A DNA stretch of 64,000 bases, taken from Hemiscyllium ocellatum. Lineage: Eukaryota. The stretch is taken from NCBI RefSeq assembly GCF_020745735.1, contig NC_083447.1:21594755-21658754 (forward strand). The letters run 5' to 3'. The position numbers were made by a program, and so were the translations under genes. Within the stretch, counting starts at the first letter, position 1. Every line of letters begins with the position of its first letter. The notes under the pieces were generated by a model that saw only the letters and a program-made list of their open reading frames with translations, was not told where the DNA came from and did not search any database. Shown here piece after piece: positions 36,291 to 48,003 of this stretch.

Positions 36291-38904
36291 GCAAACTAAA
36301 CACAGGATATCAGTGGCTCAAGAAAACATATTCAAGAACAAAAGGAAATGTAAGCATTCACAAACGGAACCATTGCAGAGTTCTAGGGAAAGGGCAGAGT
36401 TTAGGGCAATGCAAACATGTTTGGAAACACTGGTACAGCCATACGGACAAAATCAACTCTTAAGTGTCCTATCCATCTATGGCGAAAGAAAATGAGGATC
36501 GAATGACATGGAATGTCAGATAATGAGTTCTGCGTATTGTTTATTTTTATAACTATAGACCATCTTTCTCAGATGCTGTGTGATAAAACGAGCGTAGAAG
36601 TAGACATCAGTGTGAGACGGAGGGGCATCTCTAACTTCCATATCAAACAGCTGATCCTGACTGCCTTAACAATCTCGGAGATCTAATTGGAAACAAAACC
36701 TACTCTGACGTAGTGAAAAGAGCTCCTAAAGGCCGATCTGGTTGTTGTCATACCAGAACGGAATGCTATGGCCAGTATTTAACAGCGTACATTTGAGTCT
36801 GTCTAGCTTGCCTGTCGGCACTGACTCCAGAAAGGATGTCTGCGCCAAGGAAGAGGCTAGTGTTTCTGTCACATTTGATGTCGGTTAGACTCTTATTTAA
36901 GTCAATTTTAGATTAAAGCAGAGAAAATATTTAGAGAAACTACAACAACCATCTATAAAACTGATTGCAGAAAGCACAAACCTGTTTAGCACTGTGTGAG
37001 TTCGCCAAAGTATAATCATTGTTGTGATTGAGATGCCAGGCGACCAATTTCAGTACAGCAAGCTACCACTAATCACAATAAATAAATAACCACGATCCAG
37101 TTCTTTTTGACATTTTTTCGAGGGAACATGCTGCCTCAATACAATTTCTGTGAGTTCTCGAATACGCTATCAGTTGTGCCAAGTGATCATTTACACCTAC
37201 TGGAGAGTGAAGCTCGGTTTAATTGTTGTGTCACACTACTGAGGCACGAGCCCAGAGAACATCAATCAAAATTGTGCTCTCAACAGTCAACAGAAGCAGT
37301 CGGCACCAGCAGCGTTGAATTCAGCAGCAATACTGCTACCAGCGAGTTGAAAACTCCCACTATGATGCAAAACACCACAAAGACATCTCTAAATATTTGG
37401 TGCTTTGACCTACGAAGGATTAGTGATATCATCAATGTTAGATAATGGATTCAATCCAATCGTTCTCGATGTGAGGGAAGAGACCTCAAGACCACCTGTG
37501 GAGCTACTCTCTAGCTGTTAAAATAGCACGCTTATGTAGGTTTCCTCCCTTCTGCACATTCCACCCCATTCTTCAGACAGTGCATCACCTTTACGGAGTT
37601 CGAGAACACGGAATGGGCAGCTCCCTTATTAGAGATTAGAATTATATGTTGCTATGACAGAGTTGTTCACGATGAATTGTTTGTTGAAGTTGAATGAAAT
37701 GACCGAAGTGGTGCTAATGACTAAGGCCTCAAATCAATCATTTGCTCACCCAGAAAATGTTAAAGAAAATGAGAAAAACTCGGAACCAGAACCACTCTGC
37801 TCATATATAGAGAATGCTGGAACAGAAACAAAAATTGTTGGAAAAGCTGAACGGGTCTGGCATCTGCGGAGAGAAACTAGAGTTAACATTTCCGGTCCAG
37901 TGACTCTTCCTCAAAACTCATCCAGAATGCTGGCCTAGCTTAATTTAAGATTTTCTCCAAGACTATCCCCTACATATTCACATGTTTAAGTGCGTTGTTA
38001 TTCTGACTTCAACCCTCCTTCGGTACAAGAAGCATTGTAGATTCAGCGATCCATTCACCTCGTGCGACATTAGGAACAGGCCAGCGACAGTATCTCCGAG
38101 GCAGGAAAGCAAGGAACATTTGCACCAACATTTACTTCATTTTTGGATCTACTTTCAAATGAAGATCAAGTGGCATGACTTCTGCTTCCAGTCTGCCTCT
38201 CCTTAGTTCCCTCCCGTACCAAAATTCTCCTTTGAGTTATTGTTAGCTAATTAGTTTTCATGAAAATGAAATTATCTACGAATTATCCATCTGCTTCGAG
38301 AAAAGAAAGCTCTTCATCTGTTTAAAAAGGAGGCTTCTTAATCATAATATTTAAATTATTCTAGTCTCTGCAACAAGAGGAAACATGTTTCTTGTGTCCA
38401 TCTAATCATTTTCCTGAAGAGCTCCTTTTTTTCAACAAGACCATTTTTCATTCTTCTCAACTCTAATTCATGTTGATCCAGCCTGTTCAACCTTTATAAA
38501 ATAGCACGGTCAAGATAGGATTGAGTCATCTGAACCATGTCTGCTTTTAAGGCAATGATATTATTTTTAGTAAAAGGAAACCAAAATTTAAACAATATTC
38601 CAGGTGTGGTCTCAACAAAGTTCAGTACAGTTGAAATAAAATTTCTCTACATTTATGTTGTGACACGAAGCTAGTCTTTTCCTTTTTCTAAAAGCAGTTC
38701 CTTGACTCAAGGAGACTTTGTCCTTGATTTCTTTTTCAATAGGGTAATAAACTGGTCCTGGCTCCAATCAGCCTGGTTTGGTACAGAGATGAAAACGATT
38801 TTGAAAAGTCTTTTGTTTATGTGTAAACAGATGAGACTTCAGGCCAAAGTGATGATGTTTTAGAAATGACCTGTATATGAAAAGGGGGTGGTCAGCTCTC
38901 TAGC

Positions 38905-39668
38905 GGAGCATTGTGGTTGGAGAGCCAGGCCTCTTGGAATTCTCTGGCATGCCTTTGCTTAGCCTGTCCCAGGATAGATGTGTTGCCCCAGCCGAAATGG
39001 TGTTTTTTTTCATCCGTGTGCCTGGATATCGAACCTATAGCTCAGCGAGCAAACCTACACCCTAAACTTTTGCCTGTTCTAAGAGGGAGAGAGGAGCATG
39101 TCGTTTTGTGGCTAGCTGGTGTTCGTGTATCCTGGTGGCTAACGTTCTTCCTGTTTATCCTATGTAGTGTTTGTGGAAGTCCTTGCATGGAATTTTGTAG
39201 ATGACGTTGGTTTTGTCCATGGGATGTACTGGGTCTTTTAAGTTTGTTAGTTTTTGTTTGAGACTGTTGGTGGGTTTGTGTGCTAGTAGGATTCTGAGGG
39301 GTCCTAGTAGTCTGGCTGTCATTTCTGGAACTTCTTTGATGTATGGGACAACACATCTATCGTGGGACAGGCTAAGCAAAGGCATGCCAGAGAATTCCTA
39401 GAGCTAAAAAGGCCTGGCACTCCAACCACAAACAAACACATAGATCTAGATGCCAACTATCAACTCCTCAGAAAACGAACAGGAAATGACATCACCACAA
39501 ACTCCAGGAACCCCGTCCAGGAGAAAGATATAAATATAAAGCAGGAGACAACAGCTTCGCTTCACTTGGAGGTCGCCACTGAAGATGTTACCTAGCCAGG
39601 TAATGAAACGTCTGGATATCGAACCTACAGCTCAGTGAGCAAACCTACACCCTAAACTTTTGCCTGTT
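38905..39668. mobile_element. Penelope-like element relic with inverted 3' segments and a 57-bp direct repeat
   Basis: Minus ORF 39155..39385 (HKPTNSLKQKLTNLKDP...NVIYKIPCKDFHKHYIG, GIY-YIG); plus-strand 3' segment 39362-39668; direct repeat 39022-39078 / 39612-39668. Confidence 0.8.
39572..39616 (+). ncRNA. Minimal type I hammerhead ribozyme motif
   Basis: CCA-CTGAAGA-T-GTTACC-TAGCCA-GGTAAT-GAAAC-GTC-TGG: conserved core, 6-bp stem II, palindromic ACGT stem III, GUC triplet, 3-bp stem I. Confidence 0.7.
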
Positions 39669-40785
39669 TTAAAATCTAGTCGTCAACCTAGCCACCTTAC
39701 TCCGAGTAATTTTCACTGTGCACTTACCGAAGCAAATTGCAAAGTTATGCTCTGGGGATGCCTGCTTAAGAATGTTTTGAGTAGTCTGGCTTCATTCAAA
39801 ACAGTTGCAACCTGATGGTAAGAAGTTCCAACACACCACTTATCTTCCAAATCACTTGCTGTACCTGAATGTGAGCCTTTCTGTTTAATTGTGCCAGAAC
39901 ACTGGGGGTATTTCCTCAATGTTGCATTCTGCACTACCCCTTCATCCAAGTAATTGACACAACTGTTAAATAGTTCACATATCAAAACTGATTCTGTCGT
40001 GCTGTACTAGTTACAACTTGGCAATCTAAAAAGACCATGCCAAACAATCTTGTATGTGTGCTAAGATGTTACTTCATATAGCATGTGCTCTTATCTTGAA
40101 CGTAATGAAATGTATTTTTGACGTCCAAAAACACAATATCAACTGGGTCCTCTGTTTTGAATTTTGCTTGTTCCTAACTAAAATAACTAATAAATTAGTT
40201 GAACATTATTTGCCTTTCACACAACATTCAAATTTATTGACTATATCTGACCACATCGTTAGTGTTTAGACATCCCAATATAACATCTTTCATAACAGGT
40301 TAATAACAGATGAATGTTAGGCCAACTAGCATATTTTCTGTTTCTCTCCTTTCTTGAACAAACACATTACATTAGCTATTTTCTCAAATGGTTAGGATCC
40401 TTCTATAGCCTGATGAATTTTGGAAAAGGATAATCTCTCTTTCTCTCTTTCACTCTCATCCAGTCAGTTATTTTAAGGCCCTAGGGTACAAGCTAACAGA
40501 TCCTGGGGATTTGCCAGTCATAAGGCCCAAGTTTTCTTAGCACATTTTCCCTAGCAATTGGAATCGCTTAAAGAACATCTCCCCATTCTTTCCTGATTTG
40601 CTAGTATATCTATGATGTTATTTGCATCCTCTGTTATGAGGACAGAAATAAGCAACTATTCAATGCTTCTAATATTGGATTGTTTTCCATTATAAATTCC
40701 CAGGCTCACCCTGCAGGAGACTAACTCTAGATTTAGTTATTGTTTTCTTGTTTAAATACTTGCACAAATTCTATTGTTATTATGT

Positions 40786-43730
40786 TAGAACAAAGAAAAT
40801 TTACAGCACAGGAACAGGCCTTTCGGCCCTCCAAGCCTGAGCCGATCCAAATCTACTGTCTAAACCTGTCTCCCAATTCCTAAGCATCTGAATCCCTCTG
40901 CTCACCACCTAATCATACATTTGTCCAGATGCATCTTAAATGAATCTACCGTGCCTGCCTCTAGTACCTCTGCTGGCAACGCATTCCAGACACCCTCCAC
41001 CCTCTGTGTAAAGTACTTGCTGCGTGTATCCTCCTTAAACTTTTCACCTCTCACCTTGAAAGCGTGACGTCTCGTTATTGAGTCCTTCATCTTGGGAAAA
41101 AGCTTATCTCTGTCTACCCTGTCAATACCCTTCATCATCTTGTAAACCTCAATCAGGTCCCCTACAATCTCCTTTTTTCTAATGAAAACAAATCTGACCT
41201 ACTCAACCTCTATTCGTAGCTAGCACCTTCCATATCAGGCAACATCCTCCTAAACATTCTCTGCACCCTCTCCAAAGCGTCCACATCATTTTGGTAATGT
41301 GGCAACCAGAACTGTACACAATATTTTAAATGTGACCAAACCAATGTCTTGTACAATTTTAACATGACCTGCCAGCTCATATAATCAATACCCCGACCGA
41401 TGAAGGCAAGCATACCGTATGCCTTCTTGACCACTCTATCCACCTGTGCAGCAAACTTCAGGGTACAACGGACCTGAACTCCTAGATCTTGGGGCGGCAC
41501 GGTGGCACAGTGGTTAGCACTGCTGCCTCACAGCGCCAGGGACCTGGGTTCAATTCCCGCCTCAGGCGACTGACTGTGTGGAGTTTGCACATTCTCCCCG
41601 TGTCTGCGTGGGTTTCCTCCGGGTGCTCCGGTTTCCTCCCACAGTCACAAAAAGATGTGCGGGTCAGGTGAATTGGCCATGCTAAATTGCCCGTAGTGTT
41701 AGGTAAGGGGTAAAATGTAGGGGTATGGGTGGGTTGCGCTTCGGCGGGTCGGTGTGGACTTGTTGGGCCGAAGGGCCTGTTTCCATACTGTAAGTAATCT
41801 AATCTAATCTAATCTCTCTGCTCATCAACTTTTCCCAAGGCTCTTCCGTTCATTGTATATTTTGCTCTAAAATTAGACTTCCTAAAATGCATCACTTCAT
41901 ATTTGTCTGGATTGAACTCCATCTGCTGCTTTCCTGTCCCACTTTCCAGTCTATTTATTTTCTCCTATATTCTTTGACAATCCCTTATGCTTTCTGCTAC
42001 TCCATCAGTCTTTGCATCATCAGCAAACTTGCTGATCATACCATCAGTGCCCTCTTCCAGATCATTTATGTATATCAGCGACCCCAACACTGATCCCTGT
42101 GGAACACCACTGGTCACCTTTCTCCATTTCTAGAAACTTCCTTCAACTACTGCTCTCTGTCTCCTGTTGCTCAACCAGTTCTTTATCCACCTAGCTAGAA
42201 CACCCTGCACGCCATGTGACTTCACTTTCTCCTTTAGTTTACGATAGGGAACCTTATCAAACGCCTTACTAATGTCCATGTGTATGACACCTACAGCCAT
42301 TCCTTCATCTATCAACTTGGTCACTTCCTCAAAAAACTCTATTAAGTTGGTAAGACACTATCTCCTCGGTACAAAGCCATGTTGCCGATCACTGATATGC
42401 CCATTCTTTTCTTAATATAAATTGATCCTATCCCTCAGTACCTTCTCCAGCAACTTCCCCACCACTGACATCAGGTTCACTGGTCTGTAGTTACCCGGAA
42501 TATCCCTACTACCCTTCTTGTACAGAGGGACAACATGAGCAAACTTCCAGTCCTCTACCACCTCACTTGTGTTTATTGTTGCCACAAAGATACCTGTCAG
42601 GGCCCCAGCTATTTCCTCTCTCCCCTCCCTCAGCAACCTGGGATAGATCCCACCCTGTCCTAGGGATTTGTCCACCTTAATAATCTCTAGCCTACCCAAC
42701 ACATCTTCCCTACTATGTCAACGTGATCCAGACTAATCAAACTTTCATCTCGAATCTCAAAATTCATCATGTTCCTCTCCTCAGTGAACACTGATGCAAA
42801 GTAATCATTCAGACTCTCACCCATTCTCTCAGGTTCAACACACAGCCTTCCTCCATTATCATTTAGTGGACCATTTCTTTCTCTAGTTACCCACTTGTTT
42901 CTTATATAAGAATAAAATGCTGTGGGATTCTCCTTAATTCTGCTCGCTAAAGCTATTTCATGACCCATTTTAGACTGCTTGATTCCTTGTTTAAGACTGG
43001 GCCTACTCTTCTGATATTTCTCCAGGGCCCATTCTGTTCTTAGCTGCCTCCACCTTATGTACGCTTCCCTACTCCTCTTGGCTAGTTGTACGATTTCTCC
43101 TGTCATCCACAGTTCACGAATCTTGCCTTTCCTATTCTTTGCCTTCAACGGGGTATGCCTATCTTGCACTACCTTTAACCTATCTGTGAAAGCTTCCCAC
43201 ATATCAAATGTGGACTTTCCTTCAAAAGCTGTGTCCAATCCACATTTCCCAGCTCCTGCCACGTTTGATATAATTGGCCTTGGCCCAGTTTAGTACTCTT
43301 CCCTTAGGACCACTCTCATCTTTGTTTACAAGTATTCTAAAACTTACAGAATTGTGGTCACTGTTCCCAAAGAATTCCCCCACTGCAACTTCTACTACCT
43401 GGCCTGGCTCAGTCCCCAATACCAGTCCAATATGGCCCCTTCCCTCGTCGGACTATTGACTTACTGCTCTAGAAAACTCTCCTAGATGCTTCTTACAAAT
43501 TCTACCCCATCCATACCTCTGACAGTAAGTGAATCTCAGACATTGTTGGGAAAATTAAAATCTCCCATCACCACTACCCTATTGCCTCTACATCTTTCTA
43601 TAATCTGATTAACTTTTTGTTTTTCTACCTCACATGCATTGTTGGGTGGCCTGTTATACAGCCCCAACAATGTAACTGCGCCCTTCTTATTTCTCAGTTG
43701 CACCCGCAATGCCTCACTACCTATGTTTAA
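40786..43730 (-). mobile_element. CR1 LINE ORF2 relic (endonuclease to 3' tail)
   Basis: Minus ORFs 43536..43742 (VMGDFNFP), 42412..42702 (PGNYRPVNL), 42130..42324 (DISKAFDKVP), 41210..41500, 40902..41138 (WNALP); TAGAACAAAG tail. Confidence 0.9.
41491..41812 (+). mobile_element. HE1-type SINE, full length, young, nested in CR1
   Basis: Near-identical to 3688-3992; (TAATC)n tail; splits the host at CCTAGATCT|CTCTGC. Confidence 0.92.
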
Positions 43731-44063
43731 GTTGGCTTTCACTCATACCTACTTTCTCCGTGTTTTTAGTGATTCTTTTATGGTTCCAAAAATACAAATA
43801 ATCTTATAATTAAAATAAATATTTAATTTATTTCTTTGTTTAAATTTTGACACTATCTTTTACATCCGTAAATGTTCCTGGCTAACTCTTCTTTGTGAGT
43901 AAGTCTTCCTTTCTCATTGGGATGAAAGAAAGGGACTAATATGCTGGCAAGGAGATTTGCAAGAGCTGCTCGGGAAGGGGGGGACCCAGCGAGGTAGTGA
44001 GGAAAGAGATCAATCTGAGACTGAAGCGAGACAAACAGTCAGGGCTGGCAGGGTCAAGGTAGG

Positions 44064-45510
44064 ATGAATAAATTAAACTGCATTTATTTCAATGCAAGGG
44101 GCCTAACAGGAAAGGCAGGTGAACTCAGGCTATGGTTAGAAACATGGAACTGGGGTATCATCGCAATTACAGAAACATGGCTCAGGGATGGGCAGGACTC
44201 GCAGCTTAATGTTCCAGGATACAAATGCTACAGGAAGGATAGAAAGGGAGGAAAGAGAGGAGGGGGTGTGTGGCCTTTTTGATAAGGGATAGCATTACAG
44301 CTGTGCCAAGGGAGGATAGTGCTCGAAATACATCCAGGGAAGTTATTTGGGTGGAACTGAGAAATAAGAAAGGGATGATAACCTTATTGGGATTGTATTA
44401 TAGACCCCCTAATAGTCAGAGGGAAATTGAGAAACAAACTTGTAAGGAGATCTCAGCTATCTATACGAAAAATAGGGTGGTTATGGTAGGGGATTTTAAC
44501 TTTCCAAACATAGACTGGAACTGCAATGGTGTTAAGGGTTTAGATGAAGAGGAATTTTTTAAGTGCGTACAAGACAATTTTTTGATTCAGTATGTGGATG
44601 TACCTACGAGAGAAGGTGCAAAACATGACTTACTCTTGGGAAATAAGGCAGGGCAGGTGACTGTGGTGTCAGTGGGGGAGCACTTTGGGGCCAACAATCA
44701 TAATCCTAATAGATTTAAAATAATGTTGGCAAAGGATAGACGACATCTAAAAGTTAAAGTTCAAATTGGAGAAAGGCCAATTTTGACGGTATTAGGCAAG
44801 TACGTTCGAAGGACGACTTGGAGCAGATGTTTGCAGGTAAAGGGACGGCTGGAAAATGGGAAGCCTTCAGAAATGAGATAACAAGAATCTCGAGAATATA
44901 TATTCTTGTTAGGGTGAAAGGAAAGGTTGGTAGGTATAGGGAATGTTGTATGACTAAAGAAACTGAGGATTTGGTTAAGAAAAAGAAGGAAGCATATGTA
45001 AGGTATAGACAGGATGGATCGAGTTAATCCTTAGAAGATTATAAAGGAAGTAGGAGGATACTTAAGAGGGAAATCAAGAGGGCAAAGAGGGGACATGAGA
45101 TAGCTTTGGCAAATAGAATTAAGGAGAATCCAAAGAGTATTTACAAATACATCAAAGACGAAAGGGCAACTAGGGAGAGAATAGGGCCCCTCAAAGATCA
45201 GCAAGGCGGCCCTTGTGTGGAGCTGCAGAAAATGGGAGAGGTACTAAATGAGTATTTTGTATCAGTATTTACTGTGAAAAAGGATATGGAAGATATAGAC
45301 AGTAAGGAAATACATGGTGACATCTTTCAAAATGTCCATATTACAGAGCAGGAAGTGCTGAAGGTCTTGAAACGCATATAAGTGGATAAATCCCCAGGAC
45401 CTGATCAGGTGTACCCTAGAACTCTGTGGAAAGCTAGAGAAGTGATTGCTGAGCTTCTTGCTGAGATATTTGTATCATCAATAGTCACAGGTGAGGTGCC
45501 GGAAGAAGCA
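44064..45510 (+). mobile_element. CR1 LINE ORF2 5' part (APE endonuclease), head-to-head with the 40786-43730 element
   Basis: LNCIYFNARGL, IIAITETWL, VMVGDFNFP, GANNHNP in ORFs 44064..44282 and 44270..44881. Confidence 0.9.
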
Positions 45511-45529
45511 GATATAGTCAACATATGTT

Positions 45530-46020
45530 CCATGTGCCCGTGGAAGAGGCAAGCATAGCTAGGGACCATGCAGGTGCAGATGGCTAACCCACTGGTCTGA
45601 AGAAAGTGGAGGATTCAAAGGATAAATTGTTGAGGGTGAGGAACAGTTCAGCCAATTGAATGAGTGTGTCGGTGGAGGGGTACTGGTTTGGAGCAGGAGA
45701 GAAAGAAATGGAGGGCTTTGAGGCCTGTATCATGGCGGATGGACATGCACAGGGACGAGACATCCATGGTGAAGATGAGGCATTGGTAGCCGGGGAACCG
45801 AAAGTACAGAGGAGGTGGAGGGCATGGGTGGTTTCACAAATGTATGTGGGGTGATTCTGGACCAAGTGGGCATGGAGTTGTCAAGGTATAAGGAGATACG
45901 TTCGGTGGGACAGGAGCAGGCAGAGACAATGGGTTGACTGGCTCAGTCAAGTTTGTGAATTTTGGGGAAGAGGTAGAACCAGGCGGTGTGAAGTTCCAGG
46001 ACTATGAGGTTGGAGTCAGC
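45530..46020 (-). mobile_element. Penelope-like RT fragment
   Basis: ORF 45584..45865 ends PSTDTLIQLAELFLTLNNLSF, typical of PLE reverse transcriptase. Confidence 0.65.
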
Positions 46021-47099
46021 AGTCCTCAATTTCTTCTCACTGTGGATGTAATCGTGGCTTTCTGAATGGAATTCAATAATTACTTGAATGGAAGATGTTT
46101 GTCAAATAAAAGAAGGCAATGGACAAAGAATAAGGAAGAGTGACTAAATGATGGAAGGGTCTGATCTAGCTTCATAAATTTAGGAAAGTCACATATATCC
46201 AATCACGTATTCAGGAGAAATATTTTGTTCAGAAGGTGTCAAGAATGTGTAACTTAATAACATGAAGGCTGATCAAATAAACAGGACTGAAATGATTAAT
46301 GTAGAGAAGCTGGAGAAGTGAGAAGGTAATGGTGGCATGTTGATAGTTTGTTTGAAGAGAGCATGAATATCTAATTAGACAAATGCGCTCATCTAGTTCC
46401 GGCTAATATGCAACAAATGAATTAATGGTTTAATATACGTCCCTGCCTACACTGAACACTTGTTAACCTCATCAAACAAGATTTCAGTTGAGTTAACGGT
46501 TTCTAACAGGTGTTGAAACTGCCATCAGAGGGCAGGTGTCTCAATAATAAACCTATCTGTATCAGGTTTTGTACAATGTGAAAGATCAGACATGCTTGTT
46601 TGGAGATACTGGAGACGCCAACATACTTCTCTTTGCAACCGAGAAGTTTAAGGGAATATTTGATGGAGTTCCTCAAAATCCTGAAGGCAATTGATAGAGT
46701 TAATGAAGAGGAATTGTTTCCACCTGCAAATGATTCCACAACCAAAGGACAATAATTGGAGGAGCGAAATGGAGTTCCTTTATATAGTGAGTTTTTAATC
46801 TTCTTCACAACGTTAAGTTTTAAGTGTGGTAGAAGCAGGCAGTCTGACCAAACCTCGTTCGATGCCAGCTAAGACTGATGTCATAAGAAGAGAAGATTCT
46901 GTTAAATTCTGTGCATTATCATTTCTACTGTGACTTGTTAACACAGTTATCCCAATAACATAACCTACTTGCTTAAATTTAAATTGTATCTCAAAGGAAC
47001 AATATTATGTATATTGATACAAATATATCTATTTTTAATTTAGTTCAAATTGTACGTCCAATGTTAGACATATGGATAGAAGAAGGTAGGGAGAAAGTA

Positions 47100-47280
47100 T
47101 GGAGGCAGATAGTCAACGAGATAGATAAGAGAGATAGATAGACAGGAAGATAAACAGATTGTAGTAGGATAAATAGAAAGATAAATCGACAATAGACTAG
47201 AGATGGGCGATAAATGTATAATAAATAAATAGAAGATTGACAATTTCATCTTTGATTGCAGAGACAGATTGATTCACAGA
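47100..47280 (+). repeat. Degenerate (GATA/GACA)n microsatellite just 3' of V3
   Basis: Runs of AGAT/AGAC repeats. Confidence 0.7.
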
Positions 47281-47343
47281 CTTCTGGACTCTGAATCTAT
47301 CCTACATATTATTAAATTTCATCAAATGGTAGTGTCTTAGATG

Positions 47344-47382
47344 TGTTTTTGTCACACGGTTCAGCCCCACTTTACCTCTGTG
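47344..47382 (-). other. Recombination signal sequence, 23-bp spacer (V3)
   Basis: Minus strand CACAGAG + 23 nt + ACAAAAACA after CACSD. Confidence 0.93.
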
Positions 47383-48003
47383 CATCACTGCAGGCACAGA
47401 AATACTGAGCCGTGTCGCTTGGTTGCACGTTCTCTATGTTTAGGTCGAAAGAGCCGTCTTTTGTCTTCTTGGCGAAAAATCTCTCTGTGATCCCGTCCGA
47501 CCTCGTCGGGTCTTCTCCGTGCACTGCGTACAAGAGATTATGCAATCCCTGGCCCGGGATCTGACGATACCAGTACATGTAAGCATCACTGCCGCTTTGG
47601 GTGCAAGGAATAGTTGCAGATCCTTCCAATTTCACCGACACATGCTGCTGAGACTGCAGAATCTTCTGAGACTCGCAGAATCCTCGAAATAAAACAGAAG
47701 TAATTAGAAACTGAAGATACTTTCGCCAGAACATGGACGTGTTAAAAAATAGCTGTTTTGTGACCGACATTTGTTCGTTGTTCATTCCCTGTTTCTTTCC
47801 ATTATTCATTGTCCCATTCTTTCATTGTCTCATTCTATATCTATTTCTCTCTATATAGATCCGTTTTATAATATTTATTTTGTAAACTGCTTTACAGATT
47901 TTTGCTCCAAACTGTAAATACCTCGAAGTGTCGAGAAATTAAATTAACTACCTGCCAAATAGATGAACAGGAACAGGCAGGATAGAAGCAATGTCCGCAT
48001 CAT
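47383..48003 (-). CDS. TRBV: TCR beta-like V gene segment V3 (leader exon 47952-48003, V exon 47383-47682)
   Basis: Leader MMRTLLLSCLFLFIYLA + G|GTAGTT donor; the only in-frame acceptor is TTTCGAG; SATIPC...YMYWYRQIPGQGL...ERF...DTAQYFCACS; 23-RSS. Confidence 0.85.

Noticed and set aside
37090-37370. Minus-strand W*QY, FTLQ, TDSV fragments followed by CACAGAA
   Set aside because: Spacing is inconsistent with V framework 3 and no nonamer lies at 12 or 23 bp.
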